Assembly: GCA_964035575.1 (NCBI GenBank)
Contig: OZ037836.1
Span: 1,736,001 to 1,800,000, forward strand
Source: Rhynchopus sp. YZ270_cl-10
Lineage: Eukaryota
Direction: 5' to 3'
Length of the DNA: 64,000 bases
Of this stretch, positions 33,278-46,200 are shown in pieces. Position 1 is the first letter of the stretch, and each line of letters opens with the position of its first letter. Position numbers and translations under genes: made by a program. The notes under the pieces were generated by a model. That model ran no database searches, had not been told where the DNA came from, and saw only the letters and a program-made list of their open reading frames with translations.

Positions 33278-34133
33278 CATATAGGTGCCCGCCGAGTCGT
33301 TTTTGGGCGAGTTGTCGGAACTTTACGATTTCACCTAACAACTCGCCCAAAACTCGGACAACTCGGCCACAACTCGCCCTATACTCGGCACAACTCGCCC
33401 TATACTCGGCACAACTCGGCCACAACTCGGCCACAACTCGCCCATTTTTACAGGCAAAAACATACAGGGATGGGAGGTGACGTTGTAAGGTTACACACAT
33501 GTAACGTTGGTACAACACATGATCTCAAGAAAAACAACCAGGGCTAAGGCCAAACGCCACTCATTACATGCACCTTGTCATATGACTAGTCATAGGTGGT
33601 AACTAGGTCGTGGTGGTCCATGGGCCACCGTGCACACTCACGGTTTTTGGTAATTGCTGGGGGGAATGGGATATACTCCGTACATGGATACCCACACAGA
33701 ACACACGGTTCCCCAGACATCTGTCAGGCAATCACTGATTCACTTCACACAGGTCGGGCAGGCGCTGCCTGCCCATCCTCTTTTCCTGTCTGCTATCGAT
33801 TCCAGGTTCACAACGTTCACACGTTTAGTCAAAATGCTTTGGGCGACGACTTCCTTTGGGATACACAAAACCACACAAAGCGCACATTCACAGACCAGCT
33901 GTGAAGCGTGGGATGCACAAGATAGAACGTGATGTGGTGCACCTGTGCACCTGTGTACCTGTGTACCTGTGTACCTGTGTACCTGTGTACCTGTGTACCT
34001 GTGTACCTGTGTACCTGTGTTTTTGTAGCCATAAAAAATCCCAAAAAAAAACAACTCGCCCAAAAAAAATGGGCGAGTTGTTGGCCGAATTTGGGCGAGT
34101 TGCCGAGTTGTTTTAACTCGCCGGGCACCTATG
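33278..34133. mobile_element. Nested TIR element 'c' with subterminal CAACTCG(G/C)C motif arrays
   Basis: ataggtgcccgccgagt (33281-97) vs actcgccgggcacctat (34116-32), 1 mismatch; flanked by AATAGG direct repeats (33272-77, 34134-39). Confidence 0.65.
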
Positions 34134-34137
34134 AATA

Positions 34138-35772
34138 GGGGGGTCCGTCCGGCCGTTTTTGCTGTCCCAAACCACTTTTTTTTGTAAAAACCCGCGAAAA
34201 ACCCGAAAAAACACCCCAAAACACCCCCAAACCCCCAAAAAATCACCCAAAACCACGAAAAACACACTTTTGAGCACTATTTCGTACTTTTTTCTGATTT
34301 TTTTGGTGTTTTTTCCCGCTTTTTCAGCTTTTTTCCTGGAAATATACCCCCTAATATGCCTATAGAATCCCTGTACTGCTCACTGAGACAGCATAGCGAC
34401 CAGAGGCTCCTTATTCATCGTACCGGTGTCTTCGCCGTCAAGGGGTGCACAATCTGCCGCAAATTCCCGCAACTCTGTCTTTGTGAAGAGATGAAGCACG
34501 TTAGTGTTGTACTTTTCAAGTTGCTGCTTCTGGGCGCTTTGCATGGACCTGCCTTTGTGGTGCGCTTTGGTGTGTGCTGCGGCAAGTTCTTCCCTTGAGA
34601 GATACGGAACCCAACCTAGACTGTAGAGGATGTCTAGGTTCCAGCGACAGTGCGTCGGTGTTGTCGGGTGCTGGCTCCTTTCGTGGTGGCTTGCAACTTG
34701 GTCAAGGACACCGACAACGGATTCACACGAATTGTTGGTCATAGGAGGGGGCAAGGAAGGCTATACTGCACTTAGGCACAGGGTACGTTGTCATTTTCAG
34801 GGACCAAAAAAAGCCCTGGCAAGTGTTGCAAGTACGATTTCCCACAGCTCGGGAGGTCTGTCGGGCAGTTCGGAGGGATTTAGACACTTCTGCGACTGCA
34901 TGAACACGGTTTTTAGGGTTTTTGTTTTGGGTGCAAAAAACGTCAAAAGGATAGGGGAAATACGGTTATTTTAAGCGTTGCAGACACAAAAACACCCTCA
35001 AAAATCCCGTAGGGACCCCAAAAAGCTACAAAATCCACACATTTCCACCTCGGGACCTCATTGGAGGTGGACCGAGGTGGTTTTTGGGTGTTTTGAATGA
35101 ATTGAAATTATTTTTTTTTGGTACATAAATGGTCTTCTGCTAGGCGTTGCATAGCCGTTGCGAAAGTGTTGCAAAAGTGTTGCATGGCCTATAAAACCCT
35201 CCCAAGTGCCCAAAATGCTATTTTTCACCCTACATGAGGTCTGGGGGACATTTTCCTGGGTGTTTGGACACCATTCCGACTGCCTTAGCACTTTTTTGGG
35301 GGTTTTCAGGTACAAAAAAAGTCAAAAAAGTGACTAAAAAAAGGGTACTTTTAAGCGTTTGGGGCACACACACCCACTGCAAAATGCATCTGGGGCCCAC
35401 ACAGGACCCCTAAAAGCTGTAAAAACTATATATTTCCACCCTGGGACCCCACCGGATGTGGACCGAGGTGTTTTTCGGGTGTTTAGAAGGAATTTTGTCT
35501 GACTAGAAAATTTTTTTGGTAAGTGTTGCATTTTGGCCATCTTGGTGACGATTTGGTGACGCCATTTTTGGAGATTTTTCACAAAAAATCGATTTTTTTT
35601 AACCAGGAAAGTCTCTGTAGAGGTTGTCAGGTGGTTTAATGGGATATTTGGGTGATCCCCAGGGCGATTTGCGGCCAGGTACGACCTTTTTAGTGGATTT
35701 CTTCACCTAAATTTCAAAAAAATGGGTTTGGGACAGCAAATCCTTAAGGAATTCCTTCTACGTGGACCCCCC
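34138..35772. mobile_element. Possible nested element 'e' (short TIR GGGGGGTCC, TA-flanked) carrying a transposase-like relic
   Basis: ta|ggggggtcc ... ggacccccc|ta; internal imperfect duplication ~34970-35095 / ~35348-35485. Confidence 0.4.
34380..34754 (-). pseudogene. Transposase C-terminal relic with SAP/HeH-like end
   Basis: PMTNNSCESVVGVLD resembles the TNNxxE catalytic-Glu motif; FTKTELREFA..GTMNKEPLVAML resembles the SAP consensus. Motif-level only. Confidence 0.35.
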
Positions 35773-35910
35773 TACCCCCCCCCAAAAACCGGTATTTTGC
35801 CCCGACGGACAATTTCAAGGGAGTCGCGGGGACAACCTTTGCTCTCCCTTCTTCACACCAAAACGGCCACCCCCCTACAGTACGAGAAATTGTCCCCCCT
35901 TTTTGCCGTA

Positions 35911-36587
35911 CCTACTCCCCCCCGTGCATAAGTCCGATGACCCGTGTATAAGTCCGGGCAGATTTGGGCTCAGGATCGGACTTATGCACAGGCCGACTTA
36001 TACCGGTTTTGTGTACTGGTGGTGGGGAGAATTTTTTTTGGCGCGTTTTCCCGCTCGCGAAGCGAGCGGGGGGAAAATATTGGGTGTTTTTCCGCGAGTG
36101 AAGTGAGCGCAATTTATTTTTATTGGCAGTGTATTCACCAGGGATCATCTTCGCGCTTCTCATGTCAAAACATCATCCTCACAATTCTCAAAGATGTGAA
36201 CCTGTTTCTGCAAAATTGTGGAAAACTTTGCACCCCAAACAGCCTCAGCAGCCAAAAAAGGTGCCCCTTGTTGCTGGGAGTTGATTCTCATGTTTGATAC
36301 CTGCACAGCAGGCATTCTTCTGAGTCCAACGCTGGTTGGCTTGTCTGCGGCGTTGTACCGAAGGTGCACGAAGAGGGTAAATTTTGCGGTGTCACATTCC
36401 CTCATGTGTGGGTCACTCACACTGAGGTCATGTGACACTGCATGGGTCTGGGTACCTGGGTGCACAAAACCGAACGGTGTATAAGTCTGATACCCGTGCA
36501 TAAGTCCGAAACCCCGTGTTAAGTCCGGAGGCCCTCAGCCCCCCCAAAAATCGGACTTATACGCAGACTTATGCACGGGAGGGTAGG
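35911..36587. mobile_element. Nested pogo/Tc2-like non-autonomous element 'd'
   Basis: TA|CCTAC..cccgtgcataagtc ... gacttatgcacggg..GTAGG|TA; repeated ATAAGTCCG subterminal motifs; minus-strand VHPGTQTHAVSHDLSVSDP resembles the DDE_1 IPxGxTxxxQPLDVxVxxP motif. Confidence 0.6.
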
Positions 36588-36708
36588 TACGTGATATTGT
36601 CCCCCCTCACTTTTTCCCCCAGGGGGGGACAATTTCACGGGGGTCGGAGGGGGGGACAATTTCACGGGGGAGGGTCGGTAATTAAAAAAGAGGGAGTTTT
36701 TTGAAGTA

Positions 36709-36859
36709 CCGACCCTCCCCGTGAAATTTTCCCCCCTGGGGGAAAAAGTGGGGGGTGACAATATCTAGCACGTAACAGTGTTAGCAAAACCATCCACTTC
36801 ACACCTGGGGGCAAAATACCGGGTTTTTTTTGGGGGACAATTTCACGGGGGAGGGTCGG
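36709..36859. mobile_element. MITE family 'f' copy 2 (151 bp)
   Basis: Same TIR, TA-flanked; near-empty site ttttgaagtcaggaaag at ~11770-11786. Confidence 0.75.
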
Positions 36860-38029
36860 TAAGGAAAGAAAACGACCAAATAATAAGTGTGCGGATTTTG
36901 GGGGGGTTTCTTGCAATTGGAGACCTCGTGGGTCGTGGATATTACTTGTCCTGCTGTTGTTTCGACCTAGTTTCGACGCGAAACGTTTCCTCATGTATTG
37001 CACGGGAAACAATATATATGACAAACAGGTGCAGGGTGGTTCCGTGCATATCATAGAACCCGGTATCTTGTGTGTCTTCCAAAAACCAAAAGCGTTGTGT
37101 GTGAAGTTTTGAAGGAAGCAATAATAAAATTTGTTTTGTAATTGCACATCTTTTGCATGCTTCGCCCAGTTTTCAGGTACACTGCTACGAGAGGGCTTTG
37201 TACTTCAGATTTTACATCCCCCACCCATCCCCCATTTAGTGTGATCTGGGTGAGGCAGCGTGGCTGTGTGACTGAAAACGAAGTTGACAGGGGGGAAATG
37301 CTACGGGTCGCTCTAACTGTTTTCACCCTCATTTTGTGCTCCTCCCTTCTCACACATCACTTTCTGTACTTCAGGGCTTTCATTCTTATCTCTTCTCTTT
37401 GGCGCTGTTTTTTTTGTAAACATATCCGTTTTCAGGGAAGATAATAAAACCTACATTCTCGAACTTTTCTACTGACGTGATTTTCATTGGACGCATCCCC
37501 AGTCGGGGAGCACAAGCAAAGGGTAATGAAAGGGAACAATGAACATTAAACAAGCTAGAAAAGAGACAGTATTTATTTTTTTACCGCGCAAACCCGACAT
37601 TGGGTACATAGGGAACTGTATTTTCTTTTCCTTTTGCGGAGCAAAAGGAATAACACAAAATGGCGCCGCAGGCGAAAAAAAAATAGGGTACAAAATGTAG
37701 CTTTTTACACTACAGAGTCAGTCAACGAACTCTTTTTTGCGGAGCAAAAAAGTAATAAATAATGGCGCCGCAGGCAAAAAAAATTAGGGGACAGCCTGGG
37801 ATTTCACGGTGCGGTCAGTAACTCAGTTCCCCAGGGTACTCCCGTGGTTCAACCACTGTTCTACCAGGAAATTATTCTGACCTCCCTAAAAAAGACACTG
37901 CCCCATATCCATATGAAAATTTTTTCACCGGCAAAAATAAAATTTTCTTATAGAAAATCCTGAATCCTAAATCCGATTTAGAGGACAGCATGCATGTAAT
38001 CCAGGGTTTTCGCTATGGGGGTACCGCCG

Positions 38030-40200
38030 GGTCGGTAAGGAAAGAAAACGACCAAATAATAATTGTGTGGATTTTGGGGGGTTTCTTGCAATTGGAGACC
38101 TCGTGGGTCGTGGATATTACTTGTCCTGCTGGAGTTGATACTTTTGTTGGGTCAAAATAACTGTCCATACAGACAGTCGTCACACATTTGTTTTGTTTTG
38201 AAATTGCACATCTTTTGCAATGCTTCACCCAGTTTTCAGGTACACTGCCTCGAGAGGGCTTTGTACTTCAGATTTTACATCCCCCACCCATCCCCCACCC
38301 ATGGACAAAATGTACTTTGAAAGTTCTATATTTTTTCTGCTCTAGCAGCATGCTGCATAACCAGAAACCGCGAAGCAAAAAAGCAATAACACTCGTTTTT
38401 CCTGGGTTTACTTGTGTTATTGACTCGTTTTTAAACCCCCCCCCCGACCCCTACCCCACTTTTCCTTTTTTTACCCTTGCTCCTTCTGATGAGAGCGGTC
38501 AAAGGGTTACTTTTCTGGTCAAGGAGCAGACCGCCGAAACCAAAAAAACTTTTGTTAGCATTGGAGCATATTATGGTGTTTAATAATGTTCCGGCCGAAC
38601 CACCACGGCGAGTAAGTCGATACTAAAAGTTACGCACACCGTTTGGTGAAAATATGGTAACTCGAGTGACAAAGTACAAGACAAAAACAGAAGACTCTTT
38701 TTTTTTTTTTTCACCTTTTGTCCCCATTTTTTTAACTTTCTACAATCCCCCACCCATCCCCCCATTTTATTTAGTGTGATCTGGGTGAGGCAGCGTGGCT
38801 GTGTGACTGAAGTGACTTTTTGAGTTTTCCGGCGGATTTCGGACAAAACTTAAGTTTTTCTTTTTTTCCCCTTCAGTTACACAGCCACGCTTGGCTCACC
38901 CAGATCAGTGTCGTCTTTTTATTTTTTGTAGGGCAAAACGCAGTTGACAGGGGAAATGCTACGGGTCGCTCTAACTGTTTTCACCCCCATTTTGTGCTCC
39001 TCCCCTTCTCACACATCACTTTCTGTACTTCAGGGCTTTCATTCTTATCTCTTCTCTTTGGCGCTGTTTTTTTGTAAACATATCCGTTTTCAGAGAAGAT
39101 AATAAAACCTACATTTTCGAACTTTTCTACTGACGTGATTTTCATTGGACGCATCCCCGGGGAGCACAAGCAAAGGGTAATGAAAGGGAACAATGAACAT
39201 TAAACAAGCTAGAAAAGAGACAGTATTTATTTTTTTACCGACCCTCCCCCGTATGTTTGTATACAAAAAAGAAAGATTGATGTGGCAGCGTACAAACTAA
39301 CAAACGCTCCCTGTTTCGTTTCCCGTTTTCCTGTGTGGGCGAAGATAGCTATTGACACCTGTAGTATTTCCCAGGGGTACCAGTGTATCCCTTGGCCACC
39401 GCCTGTGGTGGCAGCGTACAAACTAACAAACTCTCTCCCCCTGTTTCGTTTCTCATTTTTCCTGTGTGGGTGCAGATAGCTATTGACACCTGTAGTATTT
39501 TTCATTTTATGATTGTGTGGTGAGGAACCGTTCAACAGTTCAACATCTCCCTCCCCCATTTTTCCGATGTTTTCACTCCCCACCCCCATCAGTTTTTAGA
39601 ATCAAGTATCATACTGTTACGACGTTATGGATAACGTTATAACACCCACAGTATGAAGTATGTGCGTTAATTTTATTCATTTTATTGGTTGAGCTGGCGA
39701 GCCCGTGGGACGGGATTTGTGAAGGGAGCAAGTATTTTTCAGGTCATTACGCGCCACAAAGTAGAGCGTTAAGGATCAGCTTTGCCAACTGCTCTCCGTA
39801 GCGTAAGTGGGCGTCTAACTTTGCGCTAGCGGTGCGCACGTCTGAGGCACTATTTCTGTTTGATAAAACAATAAGCGTGCGTTTCTTTTATCAAACAGAT
39901 TATATTCTCCGCCCCGCACCCAAACCGTAAATACAACTTTCATTCAGAGAAGAAAAAAAAGAATTATTTTCCCTCTCCTTTGCGCGCTGGTTTGTGTGTT
40001 TCCTAATTTTTACACCGCGTCCTGGGTTCTTCTCCGCAAACACGGCAAACCCTCGGGACGGTACGGACGCAACCTTGAGGTGTCTGCACGTTCGCACATC
40101 CACTTTTATTACTCGAACCCACCCTAACCTGTTCCCCACCCCACCCAACCCATCTCCATCATTCCATCAGGATACCCAAGCCAGAACAAGAGAGAGAGAG
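38030..40200 (+). repeat. Segmental duplication of the ~2.2-kb 5' flank (copy ~50975-53160 upstream of gene D)
   Basis: Colinear, near-identical sequence, reflected in duplicated short ORFs in the track; block ~37577-38028 also recurs at ~49270-49702. Confidence 0.9.
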
Positions 40201-40253
40201 AGTGAAAGAGACGAAAGGAAGCGAAGCGTAAAGCCTGTGCGCACGAAGCAGCA

Positions 40254-43200
40254 ATGCCGAGGTTGATGTACATGCGCGAGGTTGTGCTGCTGTCTGCTGC
40301 AGTGGCAAGCCACGCTGCGTGCACAGACCATGGGACCGACGCGACGGCGTGCGGTGCTGACGCGGCGTGTTTGTGGAGCCCTGTGTGGTACCCTGGTCTG
40401 TGCACGGAGCGTTGGCTTGACGAGTGTGCTGTGGTGTGCCCGACGTGTGCGGACACCGGAGGCGGGAACCTGTGCACGAAGGAGGGGCAGACATGCACAG
40501 ATGCGAATACGGATGCAGCCTCCCTGAGAGACTGGGTGTGCACATGCCCGACACCCTCGACTGGGTGGAAGGAGGGGGGCGTGGCAGTGTGCCAGCTGGA
40601 CGAGTGTGCTGCGGTGTGCGACGGCTGCCCGTCGGACATCTGCACTGCGGCAGGCACGCAGTGCCTGGACACGAACAAGGACACGCGTTCGTCCGGTGAC
40701 TGGGAGTGCGTGTGCCGTGCACCTGCCCTGGGACGTGTGACACAGGGCGTGCCGGTGTGCCTGATTGACGAGTGCGAGCAGAACGCATACAAGTGCACGA
40801 ATGGACAGATGTGCGCTGATGCGAACAAGCTTGCGGCGTCTGAGGGGGACTGGACGTGCACATGCCCGCCGCCGACATATGGGACTGCGGTGGCGAGTGC
40901 GGCAGTGTGCTTCGAGAACGAGTGTCTCGTAGACGAGAATGTGAAGACGTGCACTGCAGCGGGGCAGGTGTGCATTGACCCGAAGCCGCAGCCGACGAAC
41001 AAGGGTGACTGGGAGTGCCACTGCGCGCAAGGGAAGACCTTTGCTGTGGCGGCGGCAGCAGTCTGTGTGCTGGACGAGTGTGCGGAGCAGTGCACGTCAT
41101 GTGCGGACAGCGGGGGCGGGAACGTGTGTGCGAAGGCCGGGCAGCTCTGCACGGACCCGAACACGTCGCCGGAGAGCACACGTGACTGGAAGTGCCAGTG
41201 TGCGGCAGGGTCGAAGGCTGCGCTTGGTGGCCCTGCGACGTGCGGGGTGGACGAGTGCTGGCAGCCAAGCAACTTTGGTGCACACACGTGCCATGACACA
41301 CCGCAGACGACAGTCGACGGGTGTGCGTGCCAGTGTGGCTGGCAGGTGCAGGATGCGGCACAGTACCCAGGGGCACATGGCCCTGGTATTGAGGTGGGCT
41401 GTCTGGCAGGGTGCTGCAACCCGAACGTTGTGGCGTCGGGGGCGTGGTGCCTGCTGGAGCCTGTGCAGACGACAGCCGTGTGCCAGGACCTTGTGACTGC
41501 GGGGGAGATAGTGCAGACGTGCGCGGTGCTGGCGTCGGGGGTGGCACCGGCGAACCCGGAGAACGTGTGCTCGAGGGCGGGCCAGCTGTGCGTCGACCGG
41601 GACACAAGTGCGACGAGCTTGGGTGACTGGCAGTGCGAGTGCGTTGCGCCGGCGATTGGGTACCCGAGTGTCGGGAAGACTGGGTCGTGTGTGGTGGACG
41701 AGTGCGAAGCGAACGGGCAGGTGTGCTCTTTGGTGGGTCAGCTGTGCAAGGACATGGACAAGACGTCGGAGAACACGTGGACGTGTGTGTGCCCGTCGCC
41801 TGCGACAGGGTCTGCGACCGGGAAGGCGGCGACGTGCGTGTACGTGGGTGAGTGCGAGACGGCAAGCATTGCGGAGGTGTGTGCGCAGATGGGGCAGACG
41901 TGCTACGACCCGGACGCATCTGTGACTGGGAACTGGGTGTGCAAGTGCGTGGAGCCGTCGACGGGTGTGCCTGCGCTCATGACGACGGCGACGTGTGTGC
42001 TGGACGAGTGCACGGCAGAGTGTCCGACGTGTGCGGACAAGGGGTTCGGGAACCTGTGCGATGTGGCCGGGCAGCACTGCGTGGAGTCGTCGACGTCGCC
42101 AGCAAATGTTGAGGACTGGATGTGCAAGTGTGTTGGGGACACAGTTGGGGAGTCTGTGGCGTCTGTGGCCGTGTGCACGCTGGACGAGTGCCTGATGAAC
42201 AACGGGCGTCTGGCAAAGCTGTGCGGTGCGGCGGGGCAGGCCTGCAACGACCCGAACAAAGCGGTGCTCGGGGGGCTGGACGACTGGGAGTGCGTGTGCC
42301 CGCCACCGCAGATCGGGCGTATGACGGGGAAGCTTGCGACGTGTCTGCGTGATGAGTGCATGGAGGAGGACGTGGCTGTGGTGTGCACGGCGGCAGGACA
42401 GACGTGCCAGGACCCGAACACGGACGCACGTAGCACCGGGGACTGGACGTGCGCGTGCTCGGCGAACCCAGGTGATACACCGAAGGTGGCGGTGGGGGAG
42501 CCCGCAAAGTGCGTGCTGCCACCGATCTCGTGGTGCGTGCAGCATAGCGACACGTGCACGTTCATGGGACAGGCGTGTGTGCCTGCAGCAAGCATTCTGG
42601 ATGCCGGCTCGTGTGCGTGCATTGCACCGCAGACAGGGCCGACGAAGGTTGGGGCGGCAACAGTGTGCATCCTGGACGAGTGCACGGCGGTTTGTGCGAC
42701 GTGTGCTGACCACGGTGCCGGGAACATGTGCACAAAGGCGGGACAGACGTGCCAGGAGGGAAGCATGAACCCTTTTACTGGGAAGCGGGACTGGCGCTGC
42801 AAGTGTGCCGGTTCGGACATGTCGGCGGTGACGGCAGTGGCGGTGTGCACCGTGAACGAGTGTGACACAGACCCGAAGGCAAAGGTGTGCGCAGCTGCGG
42901 AGCAGACGTGCACAGACAAGAACACAGCTGAGGACTCGCTGAACGACTGGATGTGCGCGTGCCACGAGCCCTGGACGGGGAGCAAGATGCTCGGGGCTGC
43001 AGACTGCAAGATTGACGAGTGCCTGTTCGCCGGGAGTGGGTGCGCGGCGCTTGGGCAGACGTGCTTCGACAAGGACACGTCGGCTCAGGTGCGTGGGGAC
43101 TGGGAGTGCCGCTGTGTGGCACCTGCAGAGGGGTTCGCTGTTGCGAAGGCAGCGACGTGTGTGTACACGGGGGAGTGCGAGGTGCAGGCGAACAAGGAGG

Positions 43201-46200
43201 TGTGCACGTCGGCAGGACAGGCCTGTGTGGACCCGAACCCGGCTGTGGCGGACGACTGGGAGTGCCGCTGCGTGTCGCCGCAGGCAGGATCACACACAAA
43301 GGCGGCAGTGGCGGTGTGCACGCTGGACGAGTGCCGTGCGACGTGCGCCTCGTGTGCGACGAAGCCAGGGTCGCAGACACACACATGCGCGTCTGCGGAG
43401 CAGGACTGTGTGGACCCGGACACGGCAGCGACGAGCATTGCGGACTGGACGTGTGTGTGCCGTGCGCCTGCGTCTGGGGAGATGGTGGGTGCGGCGGCTG
43501 TGTGCAGTGTGGACGAGTGCTACAACGCAGAGAACCGTGCGGCGTGCTCGCGTGTGAAGGACACAACAGGGGCGGAGGTGCAGCACTGTGTGGACAAGGA
43601 CTACACAAAGACCGGGGACTGGGTGTGCGAGTGCATGTACCCGTACCACGGAACGGCGGGACAGCGTGAGGCGGCGGTGTGCCTGGTCGACGAGTGCACG
43701 GCACCGGAAGCGTGGAGCAAGAAGCCGAACGGAAACGCGGTGTGCGGGGCGCAGGGACAGACCTGTCTCGACCCACAGCAGAGTGTGGTGTCGGAGCTTG
43801 GGAACTGGGTGTGCCAGTGTGCGGACGGGACGACTGGGGAGCCGAACAGGGGTGCGCCGTCGACGACGTGCAAGCAGGACACACTGTGTGCGCAGTTCGG
43901 GTCTGCGTGCGGGCCGCTCGAGATGTGCGTGGAGAAGGACGACACGTGGTCGTGCAGGTGCATTGCGCCCTTCGTGGGTGAGGCTGTTGAGGAGGCGGCG
44001 TCCTGTGTGCTGGACGAGTGCGTGGCGGTTTGCTCGACGTGTGCACAGCAGGGGTCGGTGCACATGTGCACGCAGGCCGGGCAGAAGTGCGTGGACCACG
44101 ACAAGTCACCGGACAGCCGTTCCGACTGGTCGTGCGTGTGCGAGGTCGGGAAGGGCGAAGCTGCTCTGCACATGGCGGAGTGCATGGTTGACGAGTGCGT
44201 GCTGAACGGGGTGACGTGCGAGGGGAAGGGCCAGGAGTGCGTCGACCCGGACATGCATGCCGAGACAAGCGGAGACTGGGTGTGCCAGTGCATTGCGCCT
44301 GCGTCTGGGAAGGCTGTGGCCGGACCTGCGACGTGTCTGCTGGATGAGTGCAACCTGTACGGCGGGAAGTGCACAGTGGTGGGACAGGTGTGCATTGACC
44401 AGAACACGGCCCCGGCAAGTCTGAACGACTGGACGTGCAACTGTCCGGCACCTGCGTCGGGGTTCATGTACGCAGGACCTGCGTCGTGCACGTACACGGG
44501 GGCGTGCAAGGATGCTGCAAACTTCGATGTGTGTGCGGACGCGGGCCAGCGCTGCTTCCCAGGGATTTCGTCGGCAGACGACTTCAGGTGTGGGTGTATA
44601 CCGCCGTACCGTGGGTCTGCTGGGGTGCGTGCCCCTGCACAGTGCATGATCGACGAGTGTGAGGACATCTGTGCAACGTGTGCGCGCACGAGCGAGAAGG
44701 GCGTGAACGTCTGTGCGGGTGCGGGCCAGCGTTGCGAGGACCCGAACCTGTCTGTACAGAGTCTGGGTGACTGGGTGTGCATGTGCCAGGCCCCGTCGAC
44801 AACAGCGGCCGTTGCACGTGCTGTTGACAGCTGCCTTGTGGACGAGTGCCTTGCCATCACCATGACAGGTGCACGCAAGTGCGACAACTTCAAGCGCTAC
44901 ACGAACGACGGCTGCGAGTGTGCGTGTGGCTGGAAGGTCAGCGGCATCAGCGGCAGCGGTGCTGGCCTGGACGAGCCCTGCAACACAGGCTGCTGCAACC
45001 CAGACAAGGCAAAGGAGGGAGACTGGTGCATTGTTGCCGACAGTGCCTTCAACAAGCAGAGTGCTGTCTGCACTGCCCTTATCAGCAAGCAGAAGACGTG
45101 TGCGAACGAGCGTGCACCTGCCCCTGCAGGCGCACCTGTGAGCGAGTTTGTCGATGTGTGTGCTGCCGCTGGGCAGCGTTGCTATGACCCGAACCACTCC
45201 CCAAGTGTGCAGGAGGACTGGGAGTGCCACTGCACAACCTCTGAGGAGTACCACATCCTTGCCCCAGCTAAGTGCAGCGTGGACGAGTGCCAGCAGGTCA
45301 CAGTGTGCTCGGAGGTTGGGCAGAAGTGCTTTGACAAGAACACCGATGCGGAGTCGAAGGGCGACTGGGAGTGCCAGTGTCTGTCAGGAAGCGGGGCGAA
45401 GGACATGGCTGCTGCAGAGTGTGTGTACGACGGCCACGACGAGTGCCAGGTTGAGGCAAACCAGAAGATCTGCCTGGAAGCTGGACAGTACTGCTTCGAC
45501 GAGGACCCTGAGCTGGCGGGTGACTGGGTGTGCCACTGCACAGACCCTTACGTGCAGGAGGCACCGGGCATCACGGAGCCTGCTGTCTGTGTGATTGACG
45601 AGTGCCTGGCGACGTGCCCGACGTGCGCAAGGAAGGGAGACGGCCACGGCTACGCCTGCGAAGGACAGCAGTGTGTCGACCCGTCAGGAACGGAGCTTGG
45701 GGACTGGCGCTGCGGCTGCCTTGCCCCTGCCCTGGGCGCTGGCCTGCAGGAGCGTGCAGTGTGTGTGCAGGACGAGTGTCTCGACACACAGAACTTGCAG
45801 ACGTGCACAGACAAGGGACAGGAGTGCGTGGACCTGCACCCAAGCGACACAAGCCTGAACGACTGGGAGTGCCACTGCGTGCGACCGGCCCTGGGGTCGG
45901 CCATTGGCCACGCAGCAGTGTGCCAGATCAACGAGTGTTTGACGGAGGCACACATGCAGCTGTGCCACGAGCAGGGGCAGATGTGCTTCGACCCTGACAC
46001 AACAGCAGAGTCGACAGACGACTGGATCTGCAGATGCCCGGCCCCTGCTATTGGAAGTGCTGTCATGAAGCCTGCGGAGTGCGTCTTTGTTGGGGAGTGT
46101 GCGAAGCCGGAGATTGCAGCTGTGTGCATTGCGGTGGAGCAGACGTGCGTCGACACGGACGTGGCACAGGACGGGACCTGGGTGTGCAGCTGTGTGGCAC

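Larger units (their letters stand above)
33228..36678. mobile_element. TA-targeting MITE family 'f' copy 1, expanded by nested insertions
   Basis: TIR CCGACCCTCCCCCGTGAAATT at both ends; TA at 33226-27 and 36679-80. Empty site accaaaTAattaaaaaagaggg in the paralogous spacer at 50721-50742. Confidence 0.8.

Noticed and set aside
36658..36728. Strong hairpin suggesting an ncRNA or terminator
   Set aside because: Explained by back-to-back TIRs of two adjacent f MITEs.
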